Origin: Eledone cirrhosa
Taxonomy: Eukaryota
Direction: 5' to 3'
NCBI GenBank assembly: GCA_964016885.1
Contig: OZ024747.1
Span: 77,686,001 to 77,750,000 of the forward strand
DNA: 64,000 bases
Shown: positions 15,001 to 26,629 of the stretch, piece after piece
Layout of the letters: every line of letters begins with the position of its first letter
Position numbering within the stretch: position 1 is the first letter of the stretch
Translations under genes and position numbers: made by a program
Notes under the pieces: generated by a model
Database searches by the model: none
What the model was told of the DNA's origin: nothing
The model's input: only the letters and a program-made list of their open reading frames with translations

Positions 15001-16273
15001 TTAATGGTATGTAGACTGGTTGGAAGATTAATGGTATGTAGACTGGTTGGAAGATTAATGGTATGTAGACCAGTTGGAAGATTAATGGTATGTAGACTGG
15101 TTGGAAGATTAATGGTATGTAGACTGGTTGGAAGATTAATGGTATGTAGACTGGTTGGAAGATTAATGGTATGTACACCAGTTGGAAGATTAATGGTATG
15201 TAGACTGGTTGGAAGATTAATGGTATGTAGACTGGTTGGAAGATTAATGGTATGTAGACTGGTTGGAAGATTAATGGTATGTAGACCAGTTGGAAGATTA
15301 ATGGTATGTAGACTGGTTGGAAGATTAATGGTATGTAGACTGGTTGGAAGATTAATGGTATGTAGACTGGTTGGAAGATTAATGGTATGTAGACTGGTTG
15401 GAAGATTAATGGTATGTACACTGGTTGGAAGATTAATGGTATGTAGACTGGTTGGAAGATTAATGGTATGTAGACCAGTTGGAAGATTAATGGTATGTAG
15501 ACTGGTTGGAAGATTAATGGTATGTAGACCAGTTGGAAGATTAATGGTATGTAGACTGGTTGGAAGATTAATGGTATGTACACCAGTTGGAAGATTAATG
15601 GTATGTAGACTGGTTGGAAGATTAATGGTATGTAGACCAGTTGGAAGATTAATGGTATGTAGACTGGTTGGAAGATTAATGGTATGTACACCAGTTGGAA
15701 GATTAATGGTATGTAGACTGGTTGGAAGATTAATGGTATGTAGACCAGTTGGAAGATTAATGGTATGTAGACCAGTTGGAAGATTAATGGTATGTACACT
15801 GGTTGGAAGATTAATGGTATGTAGACCAGTTGGAAGATTAATGGTATGTAGACTGGTTGGAAGATTAATGGTATGTAGACCAGTTGAAAGATTAATGGTA
15901 TGTAGACTGGTTGGAAGATTAATGGTATGTAGACCAGTTGGAAGATTAATGGTATGTAGACTGGTTGGAAGATTAATGGTATGTAGACCAGTTGGAAGAT
16001 TAATGGTATGTAGACTGGTTGGAAGATTAATGGTATGTACACCAGTTGGAAGATTAATGGTATGTAAACTGGTTGGAAGATTAATGGTATGTAGACCAGT
16101 TGGAAGATTAATGGTATGTAGACTGGTTGGAAGATTAATGGTATGTACACCAGTTGGAAGATTAATGGTATGTAGACTGGTTGGAAGATTAATGGTATGT
16201 AGACCAGTTGGAAGATTAATGGTATGTAGACCAGTTGGAAGATTAATGGTATGTACACTGGTTGGAAGATTAA
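1..16273. repeat. 27-bp tandem satellite, consensus TAATGGTATGTAGAC(T/C)(G/A)GTTGGAAGAT, about 600 copies; continues beyond the left window edge
   Basis: Period 27 read directly. Main variants are GACTGG, GACCGG, GACCAG and CACCAG, with rare 1-2 bp deletions near 1270, 1701, 1808, 1996, 2211, 2642, 3524, 4691 and 5573. The array ends abruptly at ...GGAAGATTAA (16273). Confidence 0.99.
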
Positions 16274-16992
16274 AATGAATTAACTAAAATCTTACTCGTC
16301 TTCAGTTGTGTCCCAGAGCAAAACACAAATTTGTTTTCTCCATTATTTGCTTGACTAACATATACACCACTCCTACTTCACAGATGACTAAATAGGAAAG
16401 GTAAAAAAAAAACTGTTTAAACTTGTCTCATATAAAAAGAAACTGATAGACTAAAAAAAAATATGATTTATGAGTTGCACTTGTTTGGCAGGTAATTTGA
16501 TCTTTATAATGGTTTATATCTTATTTCAATATATAGTTTCACTATTATTTTTAGTCATAACTCTGCTATATCGGATCTGGGAAAAAAAAATTCTACCATT
16601 TAAAAAAAAAATCATTGGTCTTCTGATACTAAAAATTCTTTGCATTTTTCTTTCTTAAACAAAAACAAAAAAATATCCAGTCAGATACACAGAATATTTC
16701 ATTGCCTCTAGCTAACATGAAAATGAAAAGGAGCTGGTTTTATTATCAGAACTAAAATCTTATAGCAGCTGAAGTTAAATTGTGTATGGAAATGGTTAAG
16801 AGTAAAATAGTAAAGGGGAAGAAAAAAACTGTTTACTGTGAACAAAAGACAGGGTCATAGGTGTCTCATTAGTATTGTGTCATTTTGAATGGAAAGGTTT
16901 TATGTGTTTGAGAAATGAGTGTACTGTATAGCAATGTTCTTAATTCTTGTGTTAGTGTATAACAGGATATTGTGTGTAAGATTAATATATAC

Positions 16993-17032
<40 letters not shown>

Positions 17033-17834
17033 TAGCACATAACCCATTGATTTAATATCAGAATTAGTAATATTCAGTTTCTTCACTAAGAGAGAGAGAG
17101 AGAGAAATAGTGTGTTTGTGATAAGATATATATAAAACAATAATTGTATAACGACATGGAGGTTCTCTTACTGGAGTTGTAAGGTAAGGTGGGTTAGGTG
17201 ACGGTTAGAGTAGGTAAGGGAAAAGGCCAACAAATTAAATCAAGAATAAGATTTAAAAGGAAAAAAAAATAAAGAATAACAACAACGCAATAAAATAGAT
17301 AATAATAATAATGGTAAACACACACATATACACACGTACACCAGGTCCAACACAGAGGAGCTGAACTCCCATTGTCATCGCCTCCATCTCTCTCACCCAT
17401 CACATACATCTCTCACTATTATGAGCAAATGGAATCCCACGTGCTGATACCCCGCCCCACAGCCCTAAAGACATGACTACTTTCCAGTTTCAATATCTTT
17501 CTCATCTCTTCTAATAAGCCCTTTTACAGTTGGAACAACAAAGTCCTTAGGTCTTTAATTTTGTCAGTGTTTCCAGACTTTCACAGTTTCAACATCATGG
17601 ATGCTGTTGGTGTATCTTTTTTATTGCCTCTTGTTATAAGATACGATTATATATGCTACAAAGTTATCTACAGTCCTTTCTTCATCATTCTGTTGCTTTC
17701 ATACTGGAATTTGAGTCTTAGACTCGACAGATAAGACACACACATCAATTTGATCAACTGGCAACCTATATCAATACGTACTTTTGGGCCTTGAATTCCA
17801 CCCCTACCCACTGCTTATTACCCACCACCACCAA

Positions 17835-18000
17835 ATTAAATTTTGCTAATCTATCTCTGGCAAAATTTTATTTTAAGTGGTAGCATTCCAGAGACAATTT
17901 TCTTTAGACATTACAAAAAAAAAGAACATCTGATATGTTATAAAATAAACAGGATGGGTTGGGATCTTGATAGGTAAACTAAACAATTAGTTTTAAAAAA
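17835..18000. repeat. Unclassified dispersed repeat; other copies at about 30305-30480 and, inverted, about 44850-45042
   Basis: Shared motif AAATTTTGCTAATCTATCTCTG..AAA.TTTTATT.TAAGTGGTA.CATTC and ..ATGGGTTG.GG.TCT in three places. Confidence 0.7.
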
Positions 18001-18650
18001 CAACAGAGACAAGCTAGAAAAATTACCGATTTTTCAAAACCCACACACACCCCTTTCCTATTATTTGGGCCCCAAACATAATGAGTTAGTGTGAAAAAAA
18101 AAAGGATAGGGTACTACTTTTCCTCCTCTAAGATAAGATATAAACAATTTTTAGAAGAAAACAACCAGCTGTAAAAATGTGTCCCCCAACATCCACACAT
18201 GCACTAAAACATATAACATTGACTAATAAGGTCAATATAAACTAGACACCTATCAGACCAAAATTTATTATCTTCCATATCAGTAAAAAGGAACTTGAGA
18301 TTGCCATATCCCACCTCCTTTTCAGAATAACAGCAAAGGGAAAACAATGCTTGAAATATTCTATTTTAAGTGTAAACTGCATACATGTATTTATACAAAT
18401 GCACACACACACTTAGTAGTGTGTGTGTGTGTGTGTGTGTGTGAAATTCATGTAACAGGTCGACAATAAAAACAAATACATGTAAACAAAACTTCATTTT
18501 TCCTTATTATTATTATATATAAGTGTTACCAAAAAATGTATATACACTTCAACATCATTCTAATATATATTGCCTGTAGTGGTAATCAAAGTGTATATAC
18601 ATTTTTTTTTTTGGGGGGGGACCCTGTATATATATTGGTGTATTCAATAA

Positions 18651-20538
18651 TCGTCGTCGTCGTCGTCGTCATCATCAACATCACCATCACCATCATCATC
18701 ATTTAACGTCCGCGTTCCATGCTTGCATGGGTTTGGACGGAGGGTTTTCCCACTTGAGGCAAGAGTGGTTATCTTGCTCGCATAGGACTATCTGGCGGGT
18801 TTTCTACAGCTGGATGCCCTTCCTAACACCAACCACATTTACAGTGTGGGGCTGGGAGGTTTTTACCGTGTTGCCTACACGGCCACATTACAGCGTGGAC
18901 TGTGTGTTTTTTTGACGTGACACCTACACGATCTCATTTGTTTCGGCCTGGATGTTGTGGCACCAACATAACTTTACATTGAAAGGGGCGGTGTGGATGG
19001 GGTGGGGGTGGTGGGACGGGGGTGTATTTTGTTAGAGATGCCTACTGACTGTAGTAGGTTTTACTTTGTATTTAGGCAAGGCGGGTCTTCTCTATTACTG
19101 AGTACCGCCAAAGGTCTCGGTCCAGTGACATTGTCTTGGAGAGGTGTAAGTGTGTGATGTCGGAGTTTATCAGCTCGTCCCAGGTTTTTCTAGGTCTGCC
19201 TATTCCGTGGCTACCGTCTATCTTTATTGCCCTGCACTTTGTTATACAGCTATCGTCCTTCATGCGCATCACGTGACCATACCAACGTAGCCTTCTCTCG
19301 AGTAAACAACATCTGATCCCTCTTATTTCTAATTTTTTCCTTAGTTCGTTTATGCTTTGCCGTTCACGTATATTACTATTACACATCCAGCGGAGTATGC
19401 AAGCTTCGTTTCTCTCTAGTCTGCGTATATCCTCTGCACACAATGCCCAGGTCTCACTGCCGTGCAACATTGCTGTTCGTATGCAGGCATCGTACAACCT
19501 ACCTTTCATTTTTAGGGAGAACCCTTTAGCGGCTAATAGTGGTATGAGCTCTCTGAACTTTTTCCACCCAGTTCTGACTCTAGCTACTGTACTTTCAGAG
19601 CACCCTCCCCCACTGCTGATTTTGTCACCCAGGTAACGGAAGCTGTCCACTATTTCTATAGAACCCTCTGCGCAGTTGAAAGAGCTAGTATTTTTTGGGC
19701 ACTTGCTGCTACTTATTGCCCCAGAACACCGGCCACATGTAAAATCTATGTTCTTAGTTAGCTTACCTGTGATCCCACTACATCTTTTATGCACCCAAAC
19801 TTTGCATTTGGGACACAAAATGGAGTTTCTACCTACGCCTTTCCTACACTCTGAGCATGGCCACTTCCCGGAGGGGACCGCCGCCTTATTTTCTTTCTTA
19901 CAAACTAGAACTTTAGTCTTAGCCAGGTTAATTTTAAGGCCTTTTGATTCTAGGCCGTGCTTCCATGTTTGGAATTTCTTCTCTAGCTCGGCCATTGTTT
20001 CAGCTATGAGCGTTAGATCATCTGCGTATAGGAGTTCCCATGAGCAGCCGGTCTTGAACTCCACTGTTATAGCCTGGAGGGCAATAATAAATAGTAGGGG
20101 GCTAAGAACAGAGCCCTGATGAACACCAACTTTTACACTAAACTCTTCACTATATTCGTTGTTAATTCTAACCTTGCTGACTGTTTCTTTATACATGGTT
20201 TGTATAGCTCTCACAAGCCATTCATCAACACCTAGTTTTCTAAGAGCCCACCAGATAATGGAACGGGGGACTCTGTCGAAGGCTTTCTCCAAGTCGACGA
20301 AAGCTAAGTATAGGGGTTTACTTTTAGCTAGGTACTTCTCCTGTAGTTGTCGTACAATGAAAAGAGCGTCTGTGGTACTTTTTCCTGACACAAACCCGAA
20401 CTGCATTTCATCTAGATCAATTCGCTCTCTGATTAGTTGCGCTATTACTTTTTCCGTGACCTTCATGACCTGGTCGATTAATTTAATGCCTCTATAGTTA
20501 CTCCTATCTAGGGCATCTCCGTTACCCTTATAACAGTT
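18651..20538 (-). mobile_element. RTE-clade non-LTR retrotransposon (LINE), copy 1, 5'-truncated
   Basis: RT ORF, a 3'UTR of about 370 bp, a terminal stem-loop and a (GAT/GAC)n tail at 18651-18700. Homology to copy 2 starts at NCYKGNGDALDRSNYRGIKL (about 20538). Confidence 0.95.
19072..20538 (-). CDS. Partial LINE ORF: reverse transcriptase with inserted PHD-type zinc finger; frame stays open upstream of the Met at 20466 to the truncation point
   Basis: Motifs NYRGIKL, QFGF, AFVDLEKAFDRVP, GVHQGSVLSPLLF, YADD, KTK, FRYLG, GSETW, RLRWYGHVMR, GRPRKTW (RTE-type C terminus). No internal stops. Confidence 0.92.
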   Translation of the reverse strand, partial: NCYKGNGDALDRSNYRGIKLIDQVMKVTEKVIAQLIRERIDLDEMQFGFVSGKSTTDALFIVRQLQEKYLAKSKPLYLAFVDLEKAFDRVPRSIIWWALRKLGVDEWLVRAIQTMYKETVSKVRINNEYSEEFSVKVGVHQGSVLSPLLFIIALQAITVEFKTGCSWELLYADDLTLIAETMAELEKKFQTWKHGLESKGLKINLAKTKVLVCKKENKAAVPSGKWPCSECRKGVGRNSILCPKCKVWVHKRCSGITGKLTKNIDFTCGRCSGAISSSKCPKNTSSFNCAEGSIEIVDSFRYLGDKISSGGGCSESTVARVRTGWKKFRELIPLLAAKGFSLKMKGRLYDACIRTAMLHGSETWALCAEDIRRLERNEACILRWMCNSNIRERQSINELRKKLEIRGIRCCLLERRLRWYGHVMRMKDDSCITKCRAIKIDGSHGIGRPRKTWDELINSDITHLHLSKTMSLDRDLWRYSVIEKTRLA

Positions 20539-20744
20539 GGAAGTGTTATATATATATATATATATAGAAGTATATATATATATATATATAGAAGTGGTAA
20601 CACAACAGTTAGTTCACCATACCGAGAACAATTGTTTCACCTTAGCGGATCCTCGTCCCATGGACTGAGTGCTCTACCACTACAGATATAACCTTCCAGT
20701 GTTCTACCTCTCTCTCTATATATATATATATATATAAAGTATAT

Positions 20745-20900
20745 AATTGTTTCGACTTTTGGCACAAGGCCAGCAATTACTCAGTGCATTACTGGTACTT
20801 TATTTTATCGACCCCGTAAGGATGAAAGGCAAAGTTAAACTCGGCGGGATTTGAACTCAGATCATAAAGGGGCGTAACTCTATGCATCAAAGCATGGCAC
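20745..20900 (-). mobile_element. tRNA-derived SINE, family A, partial
   Basis: Reverse complement carries a B-box GAGTTCAAATCC and the central GCCTTTCATCCTTACGGGGTCGATAAAATAAAGTACCAG; matches 42754-42942. Confidence 0.85.
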
Positions 20901-21219
20901 AAACACATTTAAGAATTAATGATTCATGTTTTACCTAATTCCACTCGAGCCTAAATGGAATAGTTTGGATGAATTCAGATATTTGAAAATAGATGCACCA
21001 AATGTTTTTACAGCTGGTTGTTGTTAGCCAGGGAGAATGATTACATGAGTACAAAATTATGTATCAATTAATATAAATTATCGTTTTACACACACACACA
21101 CACACACACGCGCGCGCGTATTTGTGTGAAAAATGTTTTTGTACATATTAATAAAACCTATTTCGTTATTGCTATTTAAATAGGCATATATTTTGTCTTT
21201 ACATATGTATATATACACT

Positions 21220-21445
21220 TGTAAAGTGGTTGGTGATAGGAATGGCATCCAGTCTCAGAAAACACAGCAACAGAATGGCATTTATGAGTAAGAAAAGTGG
21301 CATCATAAAATGCAGCTGATGTACTGTGTAAAGTAGTTGATAAGAAATGCATCCAACCATAAACATACCAAAAAATGCACAATGACACAGACTGTGACAG
21401 CCCATTCAACACATGCCATTATGGTAATATGGACATGAAATAATT
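21220..21445 (+). mobile_element. Decayed short element sharing the RTE 3' tail
   Basis: GTAAAGTGGTTGGTGATAGGAATGGCATCCAG (twice) and a ...ATGGACATGAAATAATTATG tail remnant, similar to the LINE 3'UTR. Confidence 0.55.
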
Positions 21446-21499
21446 ATGTACAGAAGGCAGCCCATCTATGAGTGTAGTCACTCCGAATAAGTTCAATGT

Positions 21500-21590
21500 T
21501 GGATGTTAGTGAGACATGGGCTGGGTATGTGGAAGACATGTGAAGGCTGGAGAGAAATGAAGCAAACATGCTTCAATGGATGTGTCAATG
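21500..21590 (+). pseudogene. Decayed RTE RT fragment
   Basis: AGTGAGACATGGGCT...GAAGAC...AGGCTGGAGAGAAATGAAGCAAACATGCTTCAATGGATGTGT translates to SETWA..ED.*RLERNEANMLQWMC. Confidence 0.75.
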
Positions 21591-21593
21591 ACA

Positions 21594-23500
21594 CAAGACT
21601 ATAGACTTTACATGTTGAGGGCAGATCACCCTTCACAAGACAATAGACTTTACATATTGAGGGTAGGGTAGGTCACCCATCACAAGGCTATAGACTTTAC
21701 ATATTGAGGGTAGGGTAGGTCACCCTTCACAAGGCTATAGACTTTACATATTGAGGGTAGGGTAGGTCACCCATCACAAGGCTATAGACTTTACATATTG
21801 AGGGTAGGGTAGGTCACCCATCACAAGGCTATAGACTTTACATATTGAGGGTAGGGTAGGTCACCCCTCACCATACTATAGACTGTACATGTTGAGGGTA
21901 GGGCAGGTCACCCTTCACAAGACTATAGACTATACATGTTGAGGGTAAGGTAGATCACCCTTCACCAGACTATAGACTTTACATATTGAGGGTAGGGTAG
22001 GTCACCCATCACAAGACTATAGACTATACATGTTGAGGGTAAGGTAGATCACCCCTCACCAGACTATAGACTTTACATATTGAGGGTAGGGTAGGTCACC
22101 CATCACAAGACTATAGACTTTACATATTGAAGGTAGAGTAGGTCACCCCTCACCATACTATAGACTGTACATGTTGAGGGTAGGGCAGGTCACCCTTCAC
22201 AAGACTATAGACTATACATGTTGAGGGTAAGGTAGATCACCCTTCACCAGACTATAGACTGTACATATTGAGGGTAAGGTAGATCACCCTTCACCAGACT
22301 ATAGACTTTACATGTTGAGGGTAGAGCAGGTCACCCTACACCAGACTATAGACTGTACATGTTGAGGGTAGAGCAGGTCACCCTACACCAGACTATAGAC
22401 TGTACATGTTGAGGGTAGGGCAGGTCACTCTTCACCAGACTATAGACTTTACATGTTGAGGGTAGAGCAGGTCACCCTACACCAGACTATAGACTGTACA
22501 TGTTGAGGGTAGGGCAGGTCACCCATCACAAGACTATAGACTGTACATATTGAGGGTAAGGTAGATCACCCTTCACCAGACTATAGACTGTACATATTGA
22601 GGGTAAGGTAGATCACCCTTCACCAGACTATAGACTGTACATATTGAGGGTAGGGCAGGTCACCCATCACAGGACTATAGACTGTACATATTGAGGGTAA
22701 GGTAGATCACCCTTCACCAGACTATAGACTGTACATATTGAGGGTAGGGCAGGTCACCCATCACAAGACTATAGACTGTACATATTGAGGGTAGGGCAGG
22801 TCACCCATCACAAGACTATAGACTGTACATATTGAGGGTAAGGTAGATCACCCTTCACCAGACTATAGACTGTACATGTTGAGGGTAGGGCAGGTCACAC
22901 ATCACAAGACTATAGACTGTACATATTGAGGGTAGGGCAGGTCACCCATCACAAGACTATAGACTGTACATATTGAGGGTAAGGTAGATCACCCTTCACC
23001 AGACTATAGACTGTACATATTGAGGGTAGGGCAGGTCACCCATCACAAGACTATAGACTGTACATATTGAGGGTAGGGCAGGTCACCCATCACAAGACTA
23101 TAGACTGTACATATTGAGGGTAAGGTAGATCACCCTTCACCAGACTATAGACTGTACATGTTGAGGGTAGGGCAGGTCACCCATCACAAGACTATAGACT
23201 GTACATATTGAGGGTAAGGTAGATCACCCTTCACCAGACTATAGACTGTACATATTGAGGGTAGGGCAGGTCACCCATCACAAGACTATAGACTGTACAT
23301 ATTGAGGGTAAGGTAGATCACCCTTCACCAGACTATAGACTGTACATGTTGAGGGTAGGGCAGGTCACCCATCACAAGACTATAGACTTGACATGCTGAG
23401 GGTTAGTCACCCTTCACAAGTCTATAGACTGTACATGTTGAGTGTAGGGCAGGTCACTCTTCACCACTTTATATGCTGAGAGTAGGTCAACCTTCACAAA
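21594..23500. repeat. 47-bp minisatellite, about 40 copies, consensus GACTATAGACT(T/G)TACAT(A/G)TTGAGGGTA(G/A)GG(T/C)AG(G/A)TCACCC(A/T)TCAC(A/C)A
   Basis: Period 47 read directly (TAGACT at 21691 and 21738); ends are degenerate. Confidence 0.97.
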
Positions 23501-23900
23501 TTCTCACTATCTGTTCTTCACTGGATAGTTCTGTATCTTTGTGTTAAAAAACCTGACAGTTCCACCAATAACTTGTCTCTGATTTAACAATACTGAAAAA
23601 ATGTCAAATGTGTACGTGCTTTGTAACAAAATGAACATCAACATAACAAGACTCCAAATTACTTCAATGACATCATTACACAATATATGTTTCAAATTAA
23701 CTTGCAATTTATTAATTTAACTAATAGCACCATTTAAACACATTTCTAACATCAATTATTAAGATTATTTACAATAATAAGCTTTCAGCAACAGATTTAA
23801 TACAGATGCTCAAGAAAAACCATGCTTACACTGCTTTCATATGCTCACTTTTGTTTCTTTGTGTCCATTTACCTTATTTGGAATTGCCTCATTCATATAA

Positions 23901-24000
23901 TTAACCCTTTTGATACAACCCACCCAAAACCACCTCTAGTTCTATGACACAAGGTTACCCATTTTAAAGGGTCCCTATTTAGATTAAAATCTTTCAACAT
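23901..24000. mobile_element. End of a second TTAA/CCC-terminated MITE family (TTAACCCTTTTGATAC...); related remnants at about 35400-35666, 39365-39697, 40500-40720, 46000-46120, 47020-47118 and 47697-47850
   Basis: Recurrent terminus TTAA-CCCTTTTGATA or its reverse complement TATCAAAAGGG-TTAA, plus the shared internal motif AAATATAAACACTTTAAAA. Confidence 0.55.
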
Positions 24001-24215
24001 AATGGTTTCTGATTTAGGTACAAAGTCAACAATTTGGGGGAGGGGAAAATCGATTAAATTGACCCCCGTGCATTACTGGTACTTTATTTTATCAACTTCA
24101 TAAGGATGAAAGGCAAAGCTAACCCCAGTGGGATTTGAACTCAGAACATAAAGGGACGTAACTATACCGGAAAGCATGTTGTCCGACGCTCTACCAATAC
24201 TACAATCCAACTTAT
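24001..24215 (-). mobile_element. tRNA-derived SINE, family A
   Basis: Full family A layout. Keeps the uninterrupted GGGGAAAATCGATTAAATTGACCCC site that is MITE-occupied at 41713. Confidence 0.85.
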
Positions 24216-24402
24216 CACGGATATGATGGCTTCCCCAGTATACATGGAGGATATGAGTAGGATACAAAGAGAGATCAAATCTTCTGGAGTTCCTTCATGA
24301 TATGGCACACATTCCAGAGTCTTGTCAGTCTCAGCTGGCCTGCAAACCCCTTCCCCTACACACACACACTTCCTCCAGATAAATGAATTAAAAGAAAGAA
24401 AT

Positions 24403-24590
24403 AATTGTTTCTACTTTTGACACAAAGCTAGCAATTATCCCAGTGCATTACTAGTACTTTATTTTATCGACCCTATAAGGATGAAAGGCAAAGTTAACCA
24501 CGGCAAGATTTGAACTCAGACCATAAAGGGGCGTAACTCTATGCTGGAAAGCATGGCATCCGTCCATCAACCGATACTGCCAATCAACCT
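24403..24590 (-). mobile_element. tRNA-derived SINE, family A
   Basis: High similarity to the reverse complement of 42754-42942. Confidence 0.85.
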
Positions 24591-25104
24591 AATATTAACT
24601 AAATTGTTTTTCCAGAAACAACAAAATGTCAGCATAGGATTTGAAATAATGAGCTATCCAGTCAGTCATCTCACCTCCAGTAGTTGAGATAAAATTATAA
24701 ACTAGAAGAACTAAATAGGGACAGGCACAGCTTGAAAACATAGAGCCATTAAAAACATTACTGCTATCGAGGTTCAACTAATGTCAGAGAATTTATGGCC
24801 ACTAATTCACAAGATGATATCAGATTCCTTGCAGCATAAGTTTATTTGTAGAGGTGCTAGAAACATTAGTTACAGGGGAATACCAATAACAGCCTGCTCA
24901 CAAACTGAACATTTTACATAAAGTAGATGTCAATTTATATTTTATTGCTCCAGATGGTATAGTTAAAAATGAAATCTTGGAGCTGGAAAAGGCAAATTAA
25001 CTAAACAACCAAACTGAGATAAAACAATAAAAAAGTTTTAGTGTTTTTTTTTCTTTTAATTCCATATTAGCTTCAACTTAAACTCATCATTAATTTAATC
25101 ACTT

Positions 25105-25295
25105 ACTGTTCGGACCAAGGAAACAATGTTTCCATTTGTCTTCCCAACAGCTGATACTATCTACCAGTCGCAACTCCTGGCAGAGGGAGCAACACGAAAT
25201 AAAGCACCTTGCTCAAGAACATAACACAACACCCGGCCCGGAAATTGAACTCGCAGCCTTACAATTGTAAATCTAATTTTCTAACCACTAAGCCT
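25105..25295 (-). mobile_element. SINE family B (tRNA head plus CORE-like GTGTT(C)TTGAGCAAG.CACTT); another remnant at about 34655-34770 (+)
   Basis: Reverse complement reads GGCTTAGTGGTTAG...GAGTTCAATTTCC...GTTCTTGAGCAAGGTGCTTTATTTC. Shares AATGGAAACATTGTTTCCTT with 34744-34763. Confidence 0.65.
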
Positions 25296-26629
25296 TCAAT
25301 AAGCTTAAACTATGTAAATATGTTGGTAAATCTAACATGTGTAACAAAGAGATTCTGGACATGCAGTGTATTCCCCACACAAGGAGAACAATTTGAATTT
25401 TAGAGGAGAATTCTTTTGAATTTTTCAAAGTATTTCTATATTGAGAAAGGAATCAACTATTTTAGAATGATGTATTGATAGATGCAGCTGACAGTGGTCA
25501 TTGGAGTACTTTAGCTGCTTCATTGTCTCAGACACGGATGGTTCTAAGTCTAAGTAAGCCTTGTTTGATCAGACCTATGGTAATTGAATGGTTGAGAACC
25601 ACTCAATGCAGAGATCAAATATCAGATTCCAATCTGGTCAAAAACCATGCTTGTCACTGTCAAGCAGTCTGCTTATTCACCTTGTATGCATATCTAGGTC
25701 TGATCCAACCTTCTTTATCAACCTTTGCAGGTGTTTCAGTGGTGAACATAGTAACAATGAATGTAGTATACTCAGTTGATATAAGGTATCTTTGATGTAT
25801 TTATGAATTATTATTGTTTGGTTTTAGAGAGGAAACTGATGTAGCAGCTATATATTAGTGTAGCTGGTTCAATAAGAGAAATAAGTAAACATTCTGGTAT
25901 GTTGTAGTAAATATGTTTTAACAGTTTCAAATTGGTAAGTTAAAGTGGCATACATTGGAAGTGGCTAGCATTTATTCACAAAGGAACCCATGTTCATTTT
26001 TTTGCCATGCTGGTGATCAATATATGTGGTGTTTGGACATCATAACAAGCTGTACTATATGGTTGCTTTTAATAGCTTGCCATTTAAGATTTGTAATAGA
26101 GAACAGCAGACAAGACTGGCATTGTCAACAATAAGCCTGACACACAGTTTATAAAACAGCATCATGTTTTTCTCATTTCTGCCAATCAGTTCTCATTCAA
26201 TGTATAATCGCCATTTTTCTTTTTTTTTTTGCTTTGATTATTATCTTGTGTGAGCTGTGTGAAAGACATTATTGGATAGTGTGAAATGTGATGTATAGAA
26301 TTCTAAATCACTTCAGTACATGGTAAATGTGAGTAGATTTGTGAAGTTATATACTGTACGTGATGGCTAGATGTGACTGGTAATCTCTTGTTATGAAGCC
26401 AACATTCTAGTTTGTGCATGTGTAGTTGCAGTCAGAATGTTAGAAGAGTTTGGTGTGATGTGAGATGGTTGTGATTGTCGTCATCAATGTAAAATGCTAC
26501 ATATGATGATGAGGGTATACATCATCATCATCGTTTTTACATCCTCTTTTTCATGTTAGCATGGATTGGGCATAATGTTTTACAGCCTGATCCCCTTCTT
26601 GATGCCTACCCTATTAATTTGACTCTTAC

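Noticed and set aside
1-16273. CRISPR array interpretation of the 27-bp repeat
   Set aside because: Units are directly adjacent with no unique spacers, there are no cas genes, and the context is eukaryotic.
3-16278. Giant ORFs (3556, 2300, 1972 aa and others) of MVCRLVGRL, YIPLIFQPV or HTINLPTSL repeats
   Set aside because: A 27-bp unit is 9 codons and happens to be stop-free in three frames on both strands. Indels shift the frame freely and there is no unique domain.
19072-20466. Prokaryotic RT system (retron, DGR, group II intron) or telomerase
   Set aside because: The APE endonuclease in the paralog, the RTE C-terminal motifs, 5' truncation and microsatellite tails identify a non-LTR retrotransposon.
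25731-25785. Plus-strand exon-like segment (CTTTGCAG|...AG|GTATCT; VSVVNIVTMNVVYSVDI)
   Set aside because: Isolated, weak donor, and no supporting neighbouring exons or recognisable homology.
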